DNA from: an uncultured virus (IMG/VR IMGVR_UViG_3300010391_000110)
Lineage: Duplodnaviria; Heunggongvirae; Uroviricota; Caudoviricetes
Virus record (IMG/VR): IMGVR_UViG_3300010391_000110
Reading direction: 5' to 3' (one strand)
Length of the DNA stretch: 20,000 bases
Shown here: positions 1 to 8,455 of the stretch, one piece after another
How the letters are laid out: each line of letters begins with the position of its first letter
How positions within the stretch are numbered: position 1 is the stretch's first letter
Notes under the pieces: model-generated
Database searches by the model: none
The model's input: the letters and a program-made list of their open reading frames with translations, nothing else
What the model was told of the DNA's origin: nothing
Translations under genes and position numbers: made by a program

Positions 1-1
1 C

Positions 2-448
2 TACGGGCCTGGAGACAACTTCAACGACCAGGCGTCGCACGTCATCCCGGCCATGATCAAGCGCTTCGTGGAAGCCCGGGAACAGAAGCGCGAACAGGTT
101 CATTGCTGGGGCACCGGGAAGGCCACGCGATCCTTCCTCTACGCTCCAGATGCCGCCAAGGCGATCGCTTCGGCCTGCGCCACACCGATGACCCATGAGG
201 GCGTCATCAATCTTCCCGGGACGGAAGAGATCGCCATGAGCGCGTTGGCCGCCATGGTCGCCGATGCGTGCAGGTACACGGGCCGGATCGAATGGGACGC
301 CCACCGCCCCGACGGGCAACCCAGGCGAATGGTGGACGGCGAACTCGCTGGGAAGGTGCTCGGCTGGCGGCCGGAGACCTCGTTCAAGGACGGCCTACGG
401 GCGACGGTGGCCTGGTTCGAACAGACCGTCGGGGCGATGAAAGCGTGA
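2..448 (+). CDS. fcl: GDP-L-fucose synthase (epimerase/reductase), 5'-truncated by the window edge
   Basis: Frame is open from base 2: YGPGDNFNDQASHVIPAMIKRF...WGTGKATRSFLY...W..PDGQPRR...LGW.P, the characteristic C-terminal half of Fcl/WcaG. Confidence 0.93.
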   Translation, partial: YGPGDNFNDQASHVIPAMIKRFVEAREQKREQVHCWGTGKATRSFLYAPDAAKAIASACATPMTHEGVINLPGTEEIAMSALAAMVADACRYTGRIEWDAHRPDGQPRRMVDGELAGKVLGWRPETSFKDGLRATVAWFEQTVGAMKA

Positions 449-1350
449 ACCACGTCGACTTCCTGGCGCTCTCCCAGTGGCATGGCGATCTTCCGAGAGA
501 GCGCCAGGACGCGTTCAAGGCGCTGCATCCCTCGCAACTGGGGGACCGCCTGCTTCCGGGGTCCCATGGGAGCGGCCTGTACGAGAACCTCGTCGCGGCG
601 GGCCGGCGGTTCGGGGAACTTGCCGCATCGGGCTCCCCCTTCTACCTCGCCAGGGTCGGCGATTGCGAGAACGCGGTTTTATCCTGCGGATATTTCCCGC
701 ACACGGGACATTCGCTTCCACCTCATGCCTTCCATGCGTGCGGGTTTGGGAAAAACGTCCTCTCCGCGTATCGCGGGGAACTGATCGAGGCCTTCCGGAA
801 CGCCCACCTGCTGGGGGTTCAGCAGAACTGGCGGCCTTGGACGCTCAACACCGTGGGCATCTTCCACATGCTCGGACTCCCGGTGTCCCATCCGAACGCG
901 GTCGAGGTCCACCTGCCCTACCAGATGCTGGTGGATGGAACGCTCTTCGGATATCTGCAGGGCAAGCGGATCGTCCTGGTGGGGGCGCTGGCGCCCGCCC
1001 TTGCCCAGGCGTGGGTGAGGACGGAGTTCATCTCCGCTCACCTCCGGTTCGGGCCGCTCAACTGGGTCAAGTCCATCCAGGCAGTCCCGCTCCGTGGGCG
1101 GGATTTCGGGGGTGGGGCCCAGAACGACATAGATGCGGCCTCGGAGACGCTGTCCAAGATGAACTTCGATGTGGCGCTCATCGCCGCCGCCGTCCCAGCC
1201 AAGATCATTGCATACAGGGTCTGGAAGATGGGCCGCGTTGCGCTGGACGTCGGCTTCGTCTTCGACGCGCTCCTCGGGATGAATCCAAGTGAACGCGCGG
1301 TGAGGCCCTGCTTTCGCGACGTTCAGAAGTGGCCGGAAAAGACATGGTGA
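445..1350 (+). CDS. GT-D-fold-like (DUF1792-related) glycosyltransferase
   Basis: GTG start at 445 overlaps the fcl stop (GTGA). YLARVGDCE resembles the GT-D S-x-x-R-x-G-D-G-E motif, and the C-terminal FDVALIAAAVPAKII...VALDVG matches the GT-D tail pattern. Confidence 0.7.
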   Translation: MNHVDFLALSQWHGDLPRERQDAFKALHPSQLGDRLLPGSHGSGLYENLVAAGRRFGELAASGSPFYLARVGDCENAVLSCGYFPHTGHSLPPHAFHACGFGKNVLSAYRGELIEAFRNAHLLGVQQNWRPWTLNTVGIFHMLGLPVSHPNAVEVHLPYQMLVDGTLFGYLQGKRIVLVGALAPALAQAWVRTEFISAHLRFGPLNWVKSIQAVPLRGRDFGGGAQNDIDAASETLSKMNFDVALIAAAVPAKIIAYRVWKMGRVALDVGFVFDALLGMNPSERAVRPCFRDVQKWPEKTW

Positions 1351-2186
1351 TCCGAGAACTCTTCCATTGCCGCTTTGACATTGTCGGACAACCTGTGCTT
1401 GACGGCCGCCTTCTCGAACATCCTGCCCCCGAACCCGCGCAGCAGGCCCCTGTCTGCAGCCAGCGCCGCCATGGTTTCTGCCGCAAGGCGCCCGTGAGGG
1501 GCGGCGATGAAATCGACTCCGGGCTCGTAGGGGAACGGATCCTCGCAGGTTTCGGAAACGACCGGAAGCCGGTAGGCCGCGGCCAACGCAAACCTGAGCG
1601 GCTCGAAGTACGGATCCCCGTCCTGGTGGATGTTGAGCAGGAGCGATGCGCCGAGGAGCCTCCGGTGTCTCTCATTACCGAATGCGTTCTGTCCGATCGA
1701 GCACCGGAGCGCGCCCACCACGGCGTCCCTTCTCGGGTTCATCCAGGCCATGAGGCAGACGTCGTTCGGTTCCGGGGCTCCAGCCCCTTCCGCAAGCCGT
1801 TCGTCGCTTCCGACCGGGACGAAACGGAACTGTTCCGAGTGCGGCCTGAGCTTGGAGTAGAGCGCTCGGTCGGATACCCAGACCTCGTCCACTCCGGTGG
1901 ACAGGAGGTTGTGGGCGATCCACCGGAATTCGGCGCCTCCGAAAAGGACCGCGCGCTCGAGGAACCACCAGACCACTCCGCAGTGCCGTCCCGGAGCGCC
2001 GGCAAGCGCGGAGATGGCGGCGCGCTCCTCACCGCTCCAGACCGGGGACACGATGTAGGTGCAGGTCCGACCTGGAGCCGTAGCGGAAAGCGGGCACGAC
2101 TCGAATCCTCCGACCCTGACCAGGCTCCGGTAGTCCGTATACGACGGGAACTGGACGTCGGAATGCGCGAACACGATTTCCCGCAT
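1323..2186 (-). CDS. GT-B-like glycosyltransferase (CgeB/Glyco_trans_1_2-like C-terminal domain)
   Basis: C-terminal motif FGNERHRRLLGASLLLNIHQD..YFEPLRFALAAAYRLPVVSE is typical of GT-B nucleotide-sugar binding domains. It is the only protein-like ORF filling this gap. Confidence 0.65.
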   Translation of the reverse strand: MREIVFAHSDVQFPSYTDYRSLVRVGGFESCPLSATAPGRTCTYIVSPVWSGEERAAISALAGAPGRHCGVVWWFLERAVLFGGAEFRWIAHNLLSTGVDEVWVSDRALYSKLRPHSEQFRFVPVGSDERLAEGAGAPEPNDVCLMAWMNPRRDAVVGALRCSIGQNAFGNERHRRLLGASLLLNIHQDGDPYFEPLRFALAAAYRLPVVSETCEDPFPYEPGVDFIAAPHGRLAAETMAALAADRGLLRGFGGRMFEKAAVKHRLSDNVKAAMEEFSDHHVFSGHF

Positions 2187-2218
2187 CGGACCTCGAGCAT
2201 AGCCGGAATAGCCTGAAG

Positions 2219-2854
2219 ATGGAACTGGTCAACGTCGTGACGGCGCTTTCACGGCCCGAAAACATCCCGGTCATCCTGGAGGGGATGGAGGAGGCCGTGG
2301 AATGGTCCGACGTGGAGGTCCTCTGGGTCATCGTCCTGGATGCACACCGGAGACTTCCGCCCAAGGTACTCGACCGGCTCGATCGCGCGCGCGGAGTCAG
2401 GGTCCTCAAGGCCGCGTATCCAGGCTGGCCGGCGCGGTACGGGATCCCGCAGAAGAACATGGGGATCGACCTGTGCCGGAATGGATTCCTGTACATCCTC
2501 GACGACGACAACATCGTCCACCCGGACCTGTTCCGGGAGCTCGGGGATGCCTTCAAACGGCATCCTGGAAAGCTGGCGTTTGCCTTCGGCCAGCGCCGGT
2601 GGGATCGCTATGGGGACATGATGCCTGCACCGGAAAGGATGGGCATCGGAAAGATCGACAATTCGATGTTCGTGGTCCACACGAGGCTCGTCGGATCGGA
2701 GAGATACAACGGGAATCTAGCCGGCTGGGAGGACTACTACTTCTTCAAGGGGTTGCACGACGCTCACCCGGACGCGTTCGTAATCCTTGGCCGATATCTG
2801 GCCTATTACAACTACCTCTCCCACCACCCTTGGCGCACGGGAGGGTCCGCATGA
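2219..2854 (+). CDS. GT-A fold (GT2-like) glycosyltransferase
   Basis: N-terminal VNVVTALSRPEN, YGIPQKNMGID, DxD-type motif YILDDDNIVHP and acceptor-site ED in WEDYYF. Confidence 0.8.
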   Translation: MELVNVVTALSRPENIPVILEGMEEAVEWSDVEVLWVIVLDAHRRLPPKVLDRLDRARGVRVLKAAYPGWPARYGIPQKNMGIDLCRNGFLYILDDDNIVHPDLFRELGDAFKRHPGKLAFAFGQRRWDRYGDMMPAPERMGIGKIDNSMFVVHTRLVGSERYNGNLAGWEDYYFFKGLHDAHPDAFVILGRYLAYYNYLSHHPWRTGGSA

Positions 2855-3612
2855 TCGCGTTCCCGGAGCTCATCAAATGGGGTCGCCTCGGGAACCATCT
2901 TTTCGAGATGGCGACCACGATCGCCCTGGCTAAGGACCACGATGACGAGTTCGGGTTCAACAGGTCCTGGAACGGGAGCCCGTGGTCGTACTTCGACAGG
3001 TTCCCAATCGGAAAGTTGCCATGCTTCCACGACCAGGTCCCTCCGGGGCCGGAATATCGCGAGCCGGTGTTCCACTACACGCCCATCCCGTACCAGAAGG
3101 ACCTGCGCCTGTACGGGTACTTCTTCAGCCCGAAGTACTTTCAGCACCGCGCGGACCTGATCAGATCCCTGCTGACCCCGTATGGAGTGCCGGATCGCTC
3201 GGCCTATAAGAACGTCTGCAGCGTCCATGTCCGGCGTGGGGATTACGTCCACCTTCAGGACCAGCATCCGGTCCTTCCGATCCGGTATTACGAGACGGCC
3301 ACGAACATGATGGCCCAGAAGTACGGGGTCGGCCATTTCATCGTCTTCTCGGACGACTCTGCGTGGTGCAGGGGCGTCTTCGGGAAGAACTTCGAGATTG
3401 CGCACGATGCCCAGGACACCCGGCACCTGGCCACCATGATCGCCTGCGAGCATCACATCGTTGCCAACTCGACGTTTTCCTGGTGGGGGGCGTGGCTGAA
3501 TCCAGCTCCCGGGGCGATCGTCCGCCCGTCCAAATGGTTTGGCCCTGCCTACAGCCACGACGAGAAAGACCTCTGGCCGGAGTCGTGGATCCCGGTGGAC
3601 TGCAAGCCGTGA
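2851..3612 (+). CDS. alpha-1,2-fucosyltransferase (GT11), copy 1
   Basis: ATG at 2851 with ATGA overlap. GT11 motifs GRLGNHLFE, LYGYF, SVHVRRGDY, VFSDD, HHIVANSTFSWWGAWLN and P.KWFG. Confidence 0.93.
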   Translation: MIAFPELIKWGRLGNHLFEMATTIALAKDHDDEFGFNRSWNGSPWSYFDRFPIGKLPCFHDQVPPGPEYREPVFHYTPIPYQKDLRLYGYFFSPKYFQHRADLIRSLLTPYGVPDRSAYKNVCSVHVRRGDYVHLQDQHPVLPIRYYETATNMMAQKYGVGHFIVFSDDSAWCRGVFGKNFEIAHDAQDTRHLATMIACEHHIVANSTFSWWGAWLNPAPGAIVRPSKWFGPAYSHDEKDLWPESWIPVDCKP

Positions 3613-4364
3613 TCACATTCCCCGACCTCGGGAGAAGGGGGCGTCTTGGAAACCAGCTGTTCCAGATGGCGGCGACGATCGCGACCGCCACCGAACATGG
3701 AGACCTCTTCGGGTTCCCTGAGTGGCCGTATGCCCAGGAGTTCCCCATCTCAGGATGCTTCTACGACAGGCTTCCCAAAGGCCCGGAACACAGGGATTTC
3801 AGCCCGGGGTACAGGCCGATCCCTTACGCCGGCGGATTGCGCCTGTACGGGTACTTCGCCAGCGAGAAGTTCTTCGCGAAATCGGCAGTCCTGGTCCGTA
3901 AGCTGCTGACTCCGAAAAAAGCCGCCCAGGGCGGGGATTACGGGAGATCGGCCAGCGTGCATGTGCGCCGGACGGACTACGTGGGGCACCCACAATACGC
4001 GCAACTCGGGATCGGATACTACGCGAGAGCCATGGAGTTCATGAGGGCGAACAGGGATATCGACCGGTTCACGCTCCTGTCTGACGACCCGGAATGGTGC
4101 GGGAAGGCGTTCTCTGGGTTCAAGGACATCGAAATCGTCGAACCCCTGCATGATTCGTGGCATCTCGCAATCATGGCGTCGTGCGCCCACCATGTGATCG
4201 CCAACTCGACGTTCTCCTGGTGGGGGGCGTGGTTGAATCCTTCCACGGAAAAACTTGTAATCGCTCCGAGTCGATGGTTTGGGGCGGGCTCAAGCCCCCC
4301 GCAGCCGGACGCATCGGACCTGTACCCTGAAGGCTGGTTGCTCGAATCCGTGGAGGAACCGTGA
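3609..4364 (+). CDS. alpha-1,2-fucosyltransferase (GT11), copy 2
   Basis: GTG at 3609 with GTGA overlap. Motifs GRLGNQLFQ, LYGYF, SVHVRRTDY, LSDD, HHVIANSTFSWWGAWLN and PSRWFG. Confidence 0.93.
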   Translation: MITFPDLGRRGRLGNQLFQMAATIATATEHGDLFGFPEWPYAQEFPISGCFYDRLPKGPEHRDFSPGYRPIPYAGGLRLYGYFASEKFFAKSAVLVRKLLTPKKAAQGGDYGRSASVHVRRTDYVGHPQYAQLGIGYYARAMEFMRANRDIDRFTLLSDDPEWCGKAFSGFKDIEIVEPLHDSWHLAIMASCAHHVIANSTFSWWGAWLNPSTEKLVIAPSRWFGAGSSPPQPDASDLYPEGWLLESVEEP

Positions 4365-5803
4365 GGATCGCATCTGCGCTCGTCACCGCCGATCGCCCCG
4401 GAAACTGTCTTTCGGCCACCCTTGAAAGCCTTGCCGATACAGGGTTCTTCAAGGTGCCGGAGTTTCTTCCGCTGCACATCTTCTTCGACCGGAAAGACCT
4501 CCCGGCCGTCTCGGTGCATCAGGGGACGCCAGGCCTCACGTTCCACGGAATGAGCGACGTCGAGTTCGCGGAGTATGAGAAGCTGGAGCCGATCGGAAGG
4601 TGTGCGTTCGCCCACCACAGGCCGATCAGGTTCATGGCCGAACTCGCCCGGTTCGACCTTCTCGATGCCGCCCTTGTCCTCGAGGACGACGTGGTGTTCT
4701 CTAAGGGCTGGATCGACTACATGCGCTGCGTCCTTCATGAGATCTCGGAGAACATGAGGGCTAACGCCCAGCCAGCGACGCGCTGGATCTGCTCCCTGTA
4801 CAGGCTGCATCAGGACGTCGAGCGGTTCCACCGGGCCGGCTTGCGGTGGAGTCGGGTGGCCAATTCGGACTTCTTCGGAACCCAGGCGAACATCTATGGG
4901 AAGGACGCCGTCCGGACCCTTCCGGAATGGGTCTTCCAGAAAACGCTTGTCGAGAAGTTGTACGCGATCGACCTTGCGGTATGCGCGTATTCCGAATGGA
5001 ACGGGATTCCCACGTACATCTCGGTGCCCAGCGTCGTCCAACACGCCGGGCGGTTTACCACGGGCCAGAGCCGGTGGTTTCACCAGTCCCCGTGCTTCTT
5101 CGACGCGGCGCCGGAATGGCCGGACCCTCCCGACGTCGGATCCGGAGGCGGGGAGGAGGTTGTCGCGGCCGCCGCCGGCCTGACCGGGATCGCGGCGTCC
5201 GCGACGATCATCCAGGCCGGCGCCTACGACGCCTCGACGACCCACCGCCTGGCGGCCGCGTTCGGAGAGGACCGCGTGCCGGCCATCCACATCTTCGAGC
5301 CCGACCCAAGGAACGTGGGCAGGATCGCGGGGATGACGCTACCCAGGAACGCGCGCCTCATCGGCAAGGCTCTCGGCGTGTCGGAAGGGGACGCCACGCT
5401 TCACATGTCGGACGAATTCCCGATGTTCTCGTCCACGAGGAAGCCCAAGCTGTCCCCGCTCCCGTCCGTCGAGGTCAGGTTCCAGAAGACGTCCGCCGTC
5501 CCCGGGACGACGCTGGACGGCTACGCGAAGGCGGCCGGACTGGAGAAAGTGGATCTCCTGTGGTGCGACGCCAGCGGGGCAGAAGGCGACATCTTCGCCG
5601 GCGCCCGGGAGACCTTGAAAAAGACGGCCCTGATCCGGGTGCCAAAGTATAGATTCGAGCTGTACGAAGGGCAGCGGACGTGGGCCGGAATCCTTTCCAT
5701 GCTGCACGGCGCATGGGAGGTGGCGGCCGATTTCGGGCGATCCGCGATCCTGTACAATAAGGCCGTGTTCCCGTCGAATCCATTGAGTGAGGTGCCCCGA
5801 TGA
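4361..5803 (+). CDS. Fusion of a GT-A-fold glycosyltransferase (N-terminal) and an FkbM-family methyltransferase (C-terminal)
   Basis: N half has LVLEDDVVF and PSVVQHAG. C half has IIQAGAYD, IHIFEPDPRN, KALG, TTLDGY...VDLLWCDASGAEGDIFAG and ELYEGQ, the FkbM/Methyltransf_21 pattern. Confidence 0.8.
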   Translation: MRIASALVTADRPGNCLSATLESLADTGFFKVPEFLPLHIFFDRKDLPAVSVHQGTPGLTFHGMSDVEFAEYEKLEPIGRCAFAHHRPIRFMAELARFDLLDAALVLEDDVVFSKGWIDYMRCVLHEISENMRANAQPATRWICSLYRLHQDVERFHRAGLRWSRVANSDFFGTQANIYGKDAVRTLPEWVFQKTLVEKLYAIDLAVCAYSEWNGIPTYISVPSVVQHAGRFTTGQSRWFHQSPCFFDAAPEWPDPPDVGSGGGEEVVAAAAGLTGIAASATIIQAGAYDASTTHRLAAAFGEDRVPAIHIFEPDPRNVGRIAGMTLPRNARLIGKALGVSEGDATLHMSDEFPMFSSTRKPKLSPLPSVEVRFQKTSAVPGTTLDGYAKAAGLEKVDLLWCDASGAEGDIFAGARETLKKTALIRVPKYRFELYEGQRTWAGILSMLHGAWEVAADFGRSAILYNKAVFPSNPLSEVPR

Positions 5804-6330
5804 TCGCGCTGGACGTCGACAGTTCGGTAAGCCAGGAGGAATGCAGCCATCTGGCCCTGCTTGCCAAGGGGAAGACGGTCCTCGAGGTCGGATCCTGGCT
5901 CGGAAGGTCCACGATCGCAATGGCTTCGGAGGCCGTCAGGGTCCACTCCGTGGACTGGCACAAGGGGGACCCCCATTCCGGGGGGCAGGACACGCTCGTT
6001 CCCTTCATCAGGAACCTGGAACGCCATGGCGTCCGGGACAAGGTCGTCATCCACGCAGCAAAACTGGAAGACGTGGCGCCGGTTTTTCGGGCAGCGGCGT
6101 TCGACCTCGTCTTTCTCGACGCCTTTCATTCGAGGAAGGCGGTCGAAGACGACATCGCCATGATCATGCCGATGCTGGCGCCTTCCGGGAGGCTGGCGTT
6201 TCACGATTACGGACGTGCCATGGCCATCGGCGGTATCCCTTTCGGGGTCACGGAAGCTGTAGATGCTTTCGTGAAGCGCGAAGGAGCTGCGATCGCGGTG
6301 ATCCAGAGCCTTGCCGTAGTCGAATTTTAG
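5800..6330 (+). CDS. Class I SAM-dependent methyltransferase (Methyltransf_24-like)
   Basis: VLEVGSWLGRST, SVDWH.GD, FDLVFLDAFH and LAPSGRLAFHDY motifs; ATGA overlap with the upstream gene. Confidence 0.88.
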   Translation: MIALDVDSSVSQEECSHLALLAKGKTVLEVGSWLGRSTIAMASEAVRVHSVDWHKGDPHSGGQDTLVPFIRNLERHGVRDKVVIHAAKLEDVAPVFRAAAFDLVFLDAFHSRKAVEDDIAMIMPMLAPSGRLAFHDYGRAMAIGGIPFGVTEAVDAFVKREGAAIAVIQSLAVVEF

Positions 6331-6343
6331 AAACGGTGACAGA

Positions 6344-6941
6344 ATGCATAGCAGCAGCTACAGGGCCATGCGCTGTTTTTCGGAGATGCTCCCCAAGGCA
6401 CCCCTCAAGATCGGGGACGTCGGCAGCTACGACGTAAACGGAACTTACGCAGCCCTTTTCAAGTCCGATTTCGGAGTGGTCGTATGCAGGGATGGACATG
6501 TGCGCCGGCCCGAACGTGGACATCGTTCTTCCGGCGGGAATGCCGTGGTCCTGCGTTCAAAACGACTCCTTCGACGTGACGATTTCAGGCCAGATAATGG
6601 AGCACGTCGAGCGTCCGTGGACATTCATGTCCGAGCTGGAGCGGATTACGAGGCCCGGAGGCGTCGTATATGTCATCGTCCCGTATGCGTGGCCGTACCA
6701 CACGTATCCATTGGACTGTTACAGGTTCTACCCGGACGGGCTTCGTGCGCTGATGATTTGGGCTCGACTTCTCCCGGTTGAAGTATTCATGCGCGTCTCA
6801 TCCGATCGTTCGGACGGGAGCGGCGATACGATAGGTATAGCAAGGAAGGAAGGCCATGAGTCATGGCATCTCAGCAGTCCTGATCTCAAAAAACGAATCG
6901 AAGGTGATCCGCCGGTGCCTGGAGTCCCTGCAGGGGCTTGA
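6344..6941 (+). pseudogene. Class I SAM methyltransferase (Methyltransf_11-like) split by a +1 frameshift near 6461-6475 (real lesion or assembly error)
   Basis: The frame of 6344 gives MHSSSY...KIGDVGSYDVNGTYAALF. The next motifs WSYAGMDMCAGPNVD...SFDVTISGQIMEHVERPW...RPGG...YHTYPLDCYRFYPDG are in the frame of ORF 6492..6941. Confidence 0.75.
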
Positions 6942-7872
6942 CCAGGTCGTCGTCCTGGACACCGGATCGACCGACCAGACGAGGGAGATCGCCCACGGCC
7001 TCGGCGCCGACGTGGTGCCGGTCGGGGAGTTCTGGAAGCCGTTCCACTTTGCGCAGGCGAGGAATGCCGCCCTCCAGCACGCCAAGCATCCGTGGATCCT
7101 GACGATCGACGCCGACGAGGTGCTGGCGGACAAGGCCATGGGGGCGATCCGGAACGCCGCTCGGAACACCTCGGTCCACGGCTGGAAGGGCATCCACATG
7201 AACTTCCCACCAGGGGAAGCCGCCAACGGATTCCCCACCGGTCGCATGATGCTCTTCCAGTCCAAGTCCTGGATCTGGAATCACCGGATCCACGAGCGCC
7301 TCGTGGGCGTTCGTCCAAACCTGAAGGTCAAGCCCCTCGACGGCCTGACCGTCCATCACCTTCCGATGGCGGTGCGGGAGGAACGAAAGGACCAGAACAT
7401 CGAACTCCTTCGCCTGGCGATCCAGGAAGAACCCAAGTACCACTTCCTCACGCTCCAACTCGGCCTCGAGCATCTGAACCGGGAGGAGTGGGCCGAGGCC
7501 GTGCCGCCGCTCGAGCGCTACACCGACATCGGCGAGTTCGACGGGGTCCTTGGGCGCGCCGCGGCCTTCATGCACCTGGGGAGGGCGCTCGCCAGGAGCG
7601 GAAACCTCCAGAGGGCCATGAACGCGTTCGTGGTGGCCCGCCAGAGCGCCCGGGACCGCCGGGAACCCCTCTACTGGGCCACCGTCGAGCTCATCCGGGC
7701 CGGATGTCTTCCGGATGCCGTCCAGTGGCTCGAGGACGCCCTCAAGATCGCCCCCCTGCCGCTTCCCGCCTTCTCCTTGTATTCATCCGACCTGCAGGGT
7801 ACTCTGGTCGAGGACACCCTTGCCGAATGCCGACGGATGATGGCTCAGGCGGAGGCGCCCCGGGTGTCCTGA
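6856..7872 (+). CDS. GT2 glycosyltransferase with C-terminal TPR-like repeats
   Basis: ISAVLISKNESKVIRRCLESL, VLDTGSTDQT, FAQARNAAL, WILTIDADE and RIHE, followed by helical TPR-like segments (LQLGLEH, MHLGRAL, REPLYWA). Confidence 0.88.
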   Translation: MSHGISAVLISKNESKVIRRCLESLQGLDQVVVLDTGSTDQTREIAHGLGADVVPVGEFWKPFHFAQARNAALQHAKHPWILTIDADEVLADKAMGAIRNAARNTSVHGWKGIHMNFPPGEAANGFPTGRMMLFQSKSWIWNHRIHERLVGVRPNLKVKPLDGLTVHHLPMAVREERKDQNIELLRLAIQEEPKYHFLTLQLGLEHLNREEWAEAVPPLERYTDIGEFDGVLGRAAAFMHLGRALARSGNLQRAMNAFVVARQSARDRREPLYWATVELIRAGCLPDAVQWLEDALKIAPLPLPAFSLYSSDLQGTLVEDTLAECRRMMAQAEAPRVS

Positions 7873-7887
7873 TCGGAGGGCATCGGA

Positions 7888-8172
7888 GTGACGGCGTACC
7901 GTCCCGTCCCCTACCGCCAGGTCCGCGGGCTTTCGAGCCGCGTGCTCGGGCAGACCTTCGACGAGATCCTCGGGATCCCGCCGGAGCTGGGCGACGTCCT
8001 CCGGCTCCTCTACCACACCGGCGGGGCGTGGCTCGGCCTCACCTACGCCCTGAACGGCACCAGGAATCCGATTATGCAGGCCGTCGGATGGGTCCTGGGT
8101 GGCGGCATGGCCGTCGCGGCGCTGCTCGACGTCGTCAGCCTCGCCAAGAGGGCCTGCGGGACGCATCCATGA
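7888..8172 (+). CDS. Small predicted membrane protein with an Arg-rich leader
   Basis: GTG start after GGAG(G). Two Gly-rich hydrophobic stretches (GGAWLGLTYAL; AVGWVLGGGMAVAALLDVV). ATGA-coupled to the next ORF. Confidence 0.65.
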   Translation: MTAYRPVPYRQVRGLSSRVLGQTFDEILGIPPELGDVLRLLYHTGGAWLGLTYALNGTRNPIMQAVGWVLGGGMAVAALLDVVSLAKRACGTHP

Positions 8173-8444
8173 CGCAGGGCCGAAGCATCTTCAGGCCGCG
8201 CTTCCTCGGCGGCCCCACGTTCAGCGTGAAGCCCATCACGCTGGCGGTCAATCACGACGAGATCGACCCGAAGGACCTCCCGAAGCTCCTGCGGAACGCG
8301 GTTCCGAAGGGGTTCGTCGGCACGTCGCCCTACGTGGTCAAGACCTTGGACGGCGAGTACTTGGTGTACAGCGACGGAACCGCACAGTTCATCCCGCTCG
8401 GGCGTTCGCCCGGGGAGAGGATTCCGATCAACGACGGATGGTAA
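8169..8444 (+). CDS. Hypothetical protein (91 aa, MTQGRSIFRPRFLGG...)
   Basis: ATG at 8169 overlaps the upstream stop. It is the C-terminal, protein-like part of track ORF 7092..8444. Confidence 0.65.
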   Translation: MTQGRSIFRPRFLGGPTFSVKPITLAVNHDEIDPKDLPKLLRNAVPKGFVGTSPYVVKTLDGEYLVYSDGTAQFIPLGRSPGERIPINDGW

Positions 8445-8447
8445 GAT
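8439..8447 (+). promoter_or_regulatory. Putative extended -10 promoter TGG-TAAGAT
   Basis: TGn+TAnnnT pattern 8 nt upstream of ATG 8456; the same pattern recurs at four other gene starts. Confidence 0.5.
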
Positions 8448-8455
8448 GGTGAGCC

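Noticed and set aside
1329..2216. 295-aa plus-strand ORF that would keep the cluster co-directional
   Set aside because: No recognisable motifs; it is the antisense shadow of the minus-strand GT-B-like gene.
2302..2850. Long N-terminal extensions of the GT11 ORFs (from 2302 and 3363) and of ORFs 268, 7092, 10623, 10988, 14036 and 16196
   Set aside because: Arg/Pro-rich off-frame readthrough of upstream genes. True starts are at ATGA/GTGA overlaps or RBS-preceded ATGs.
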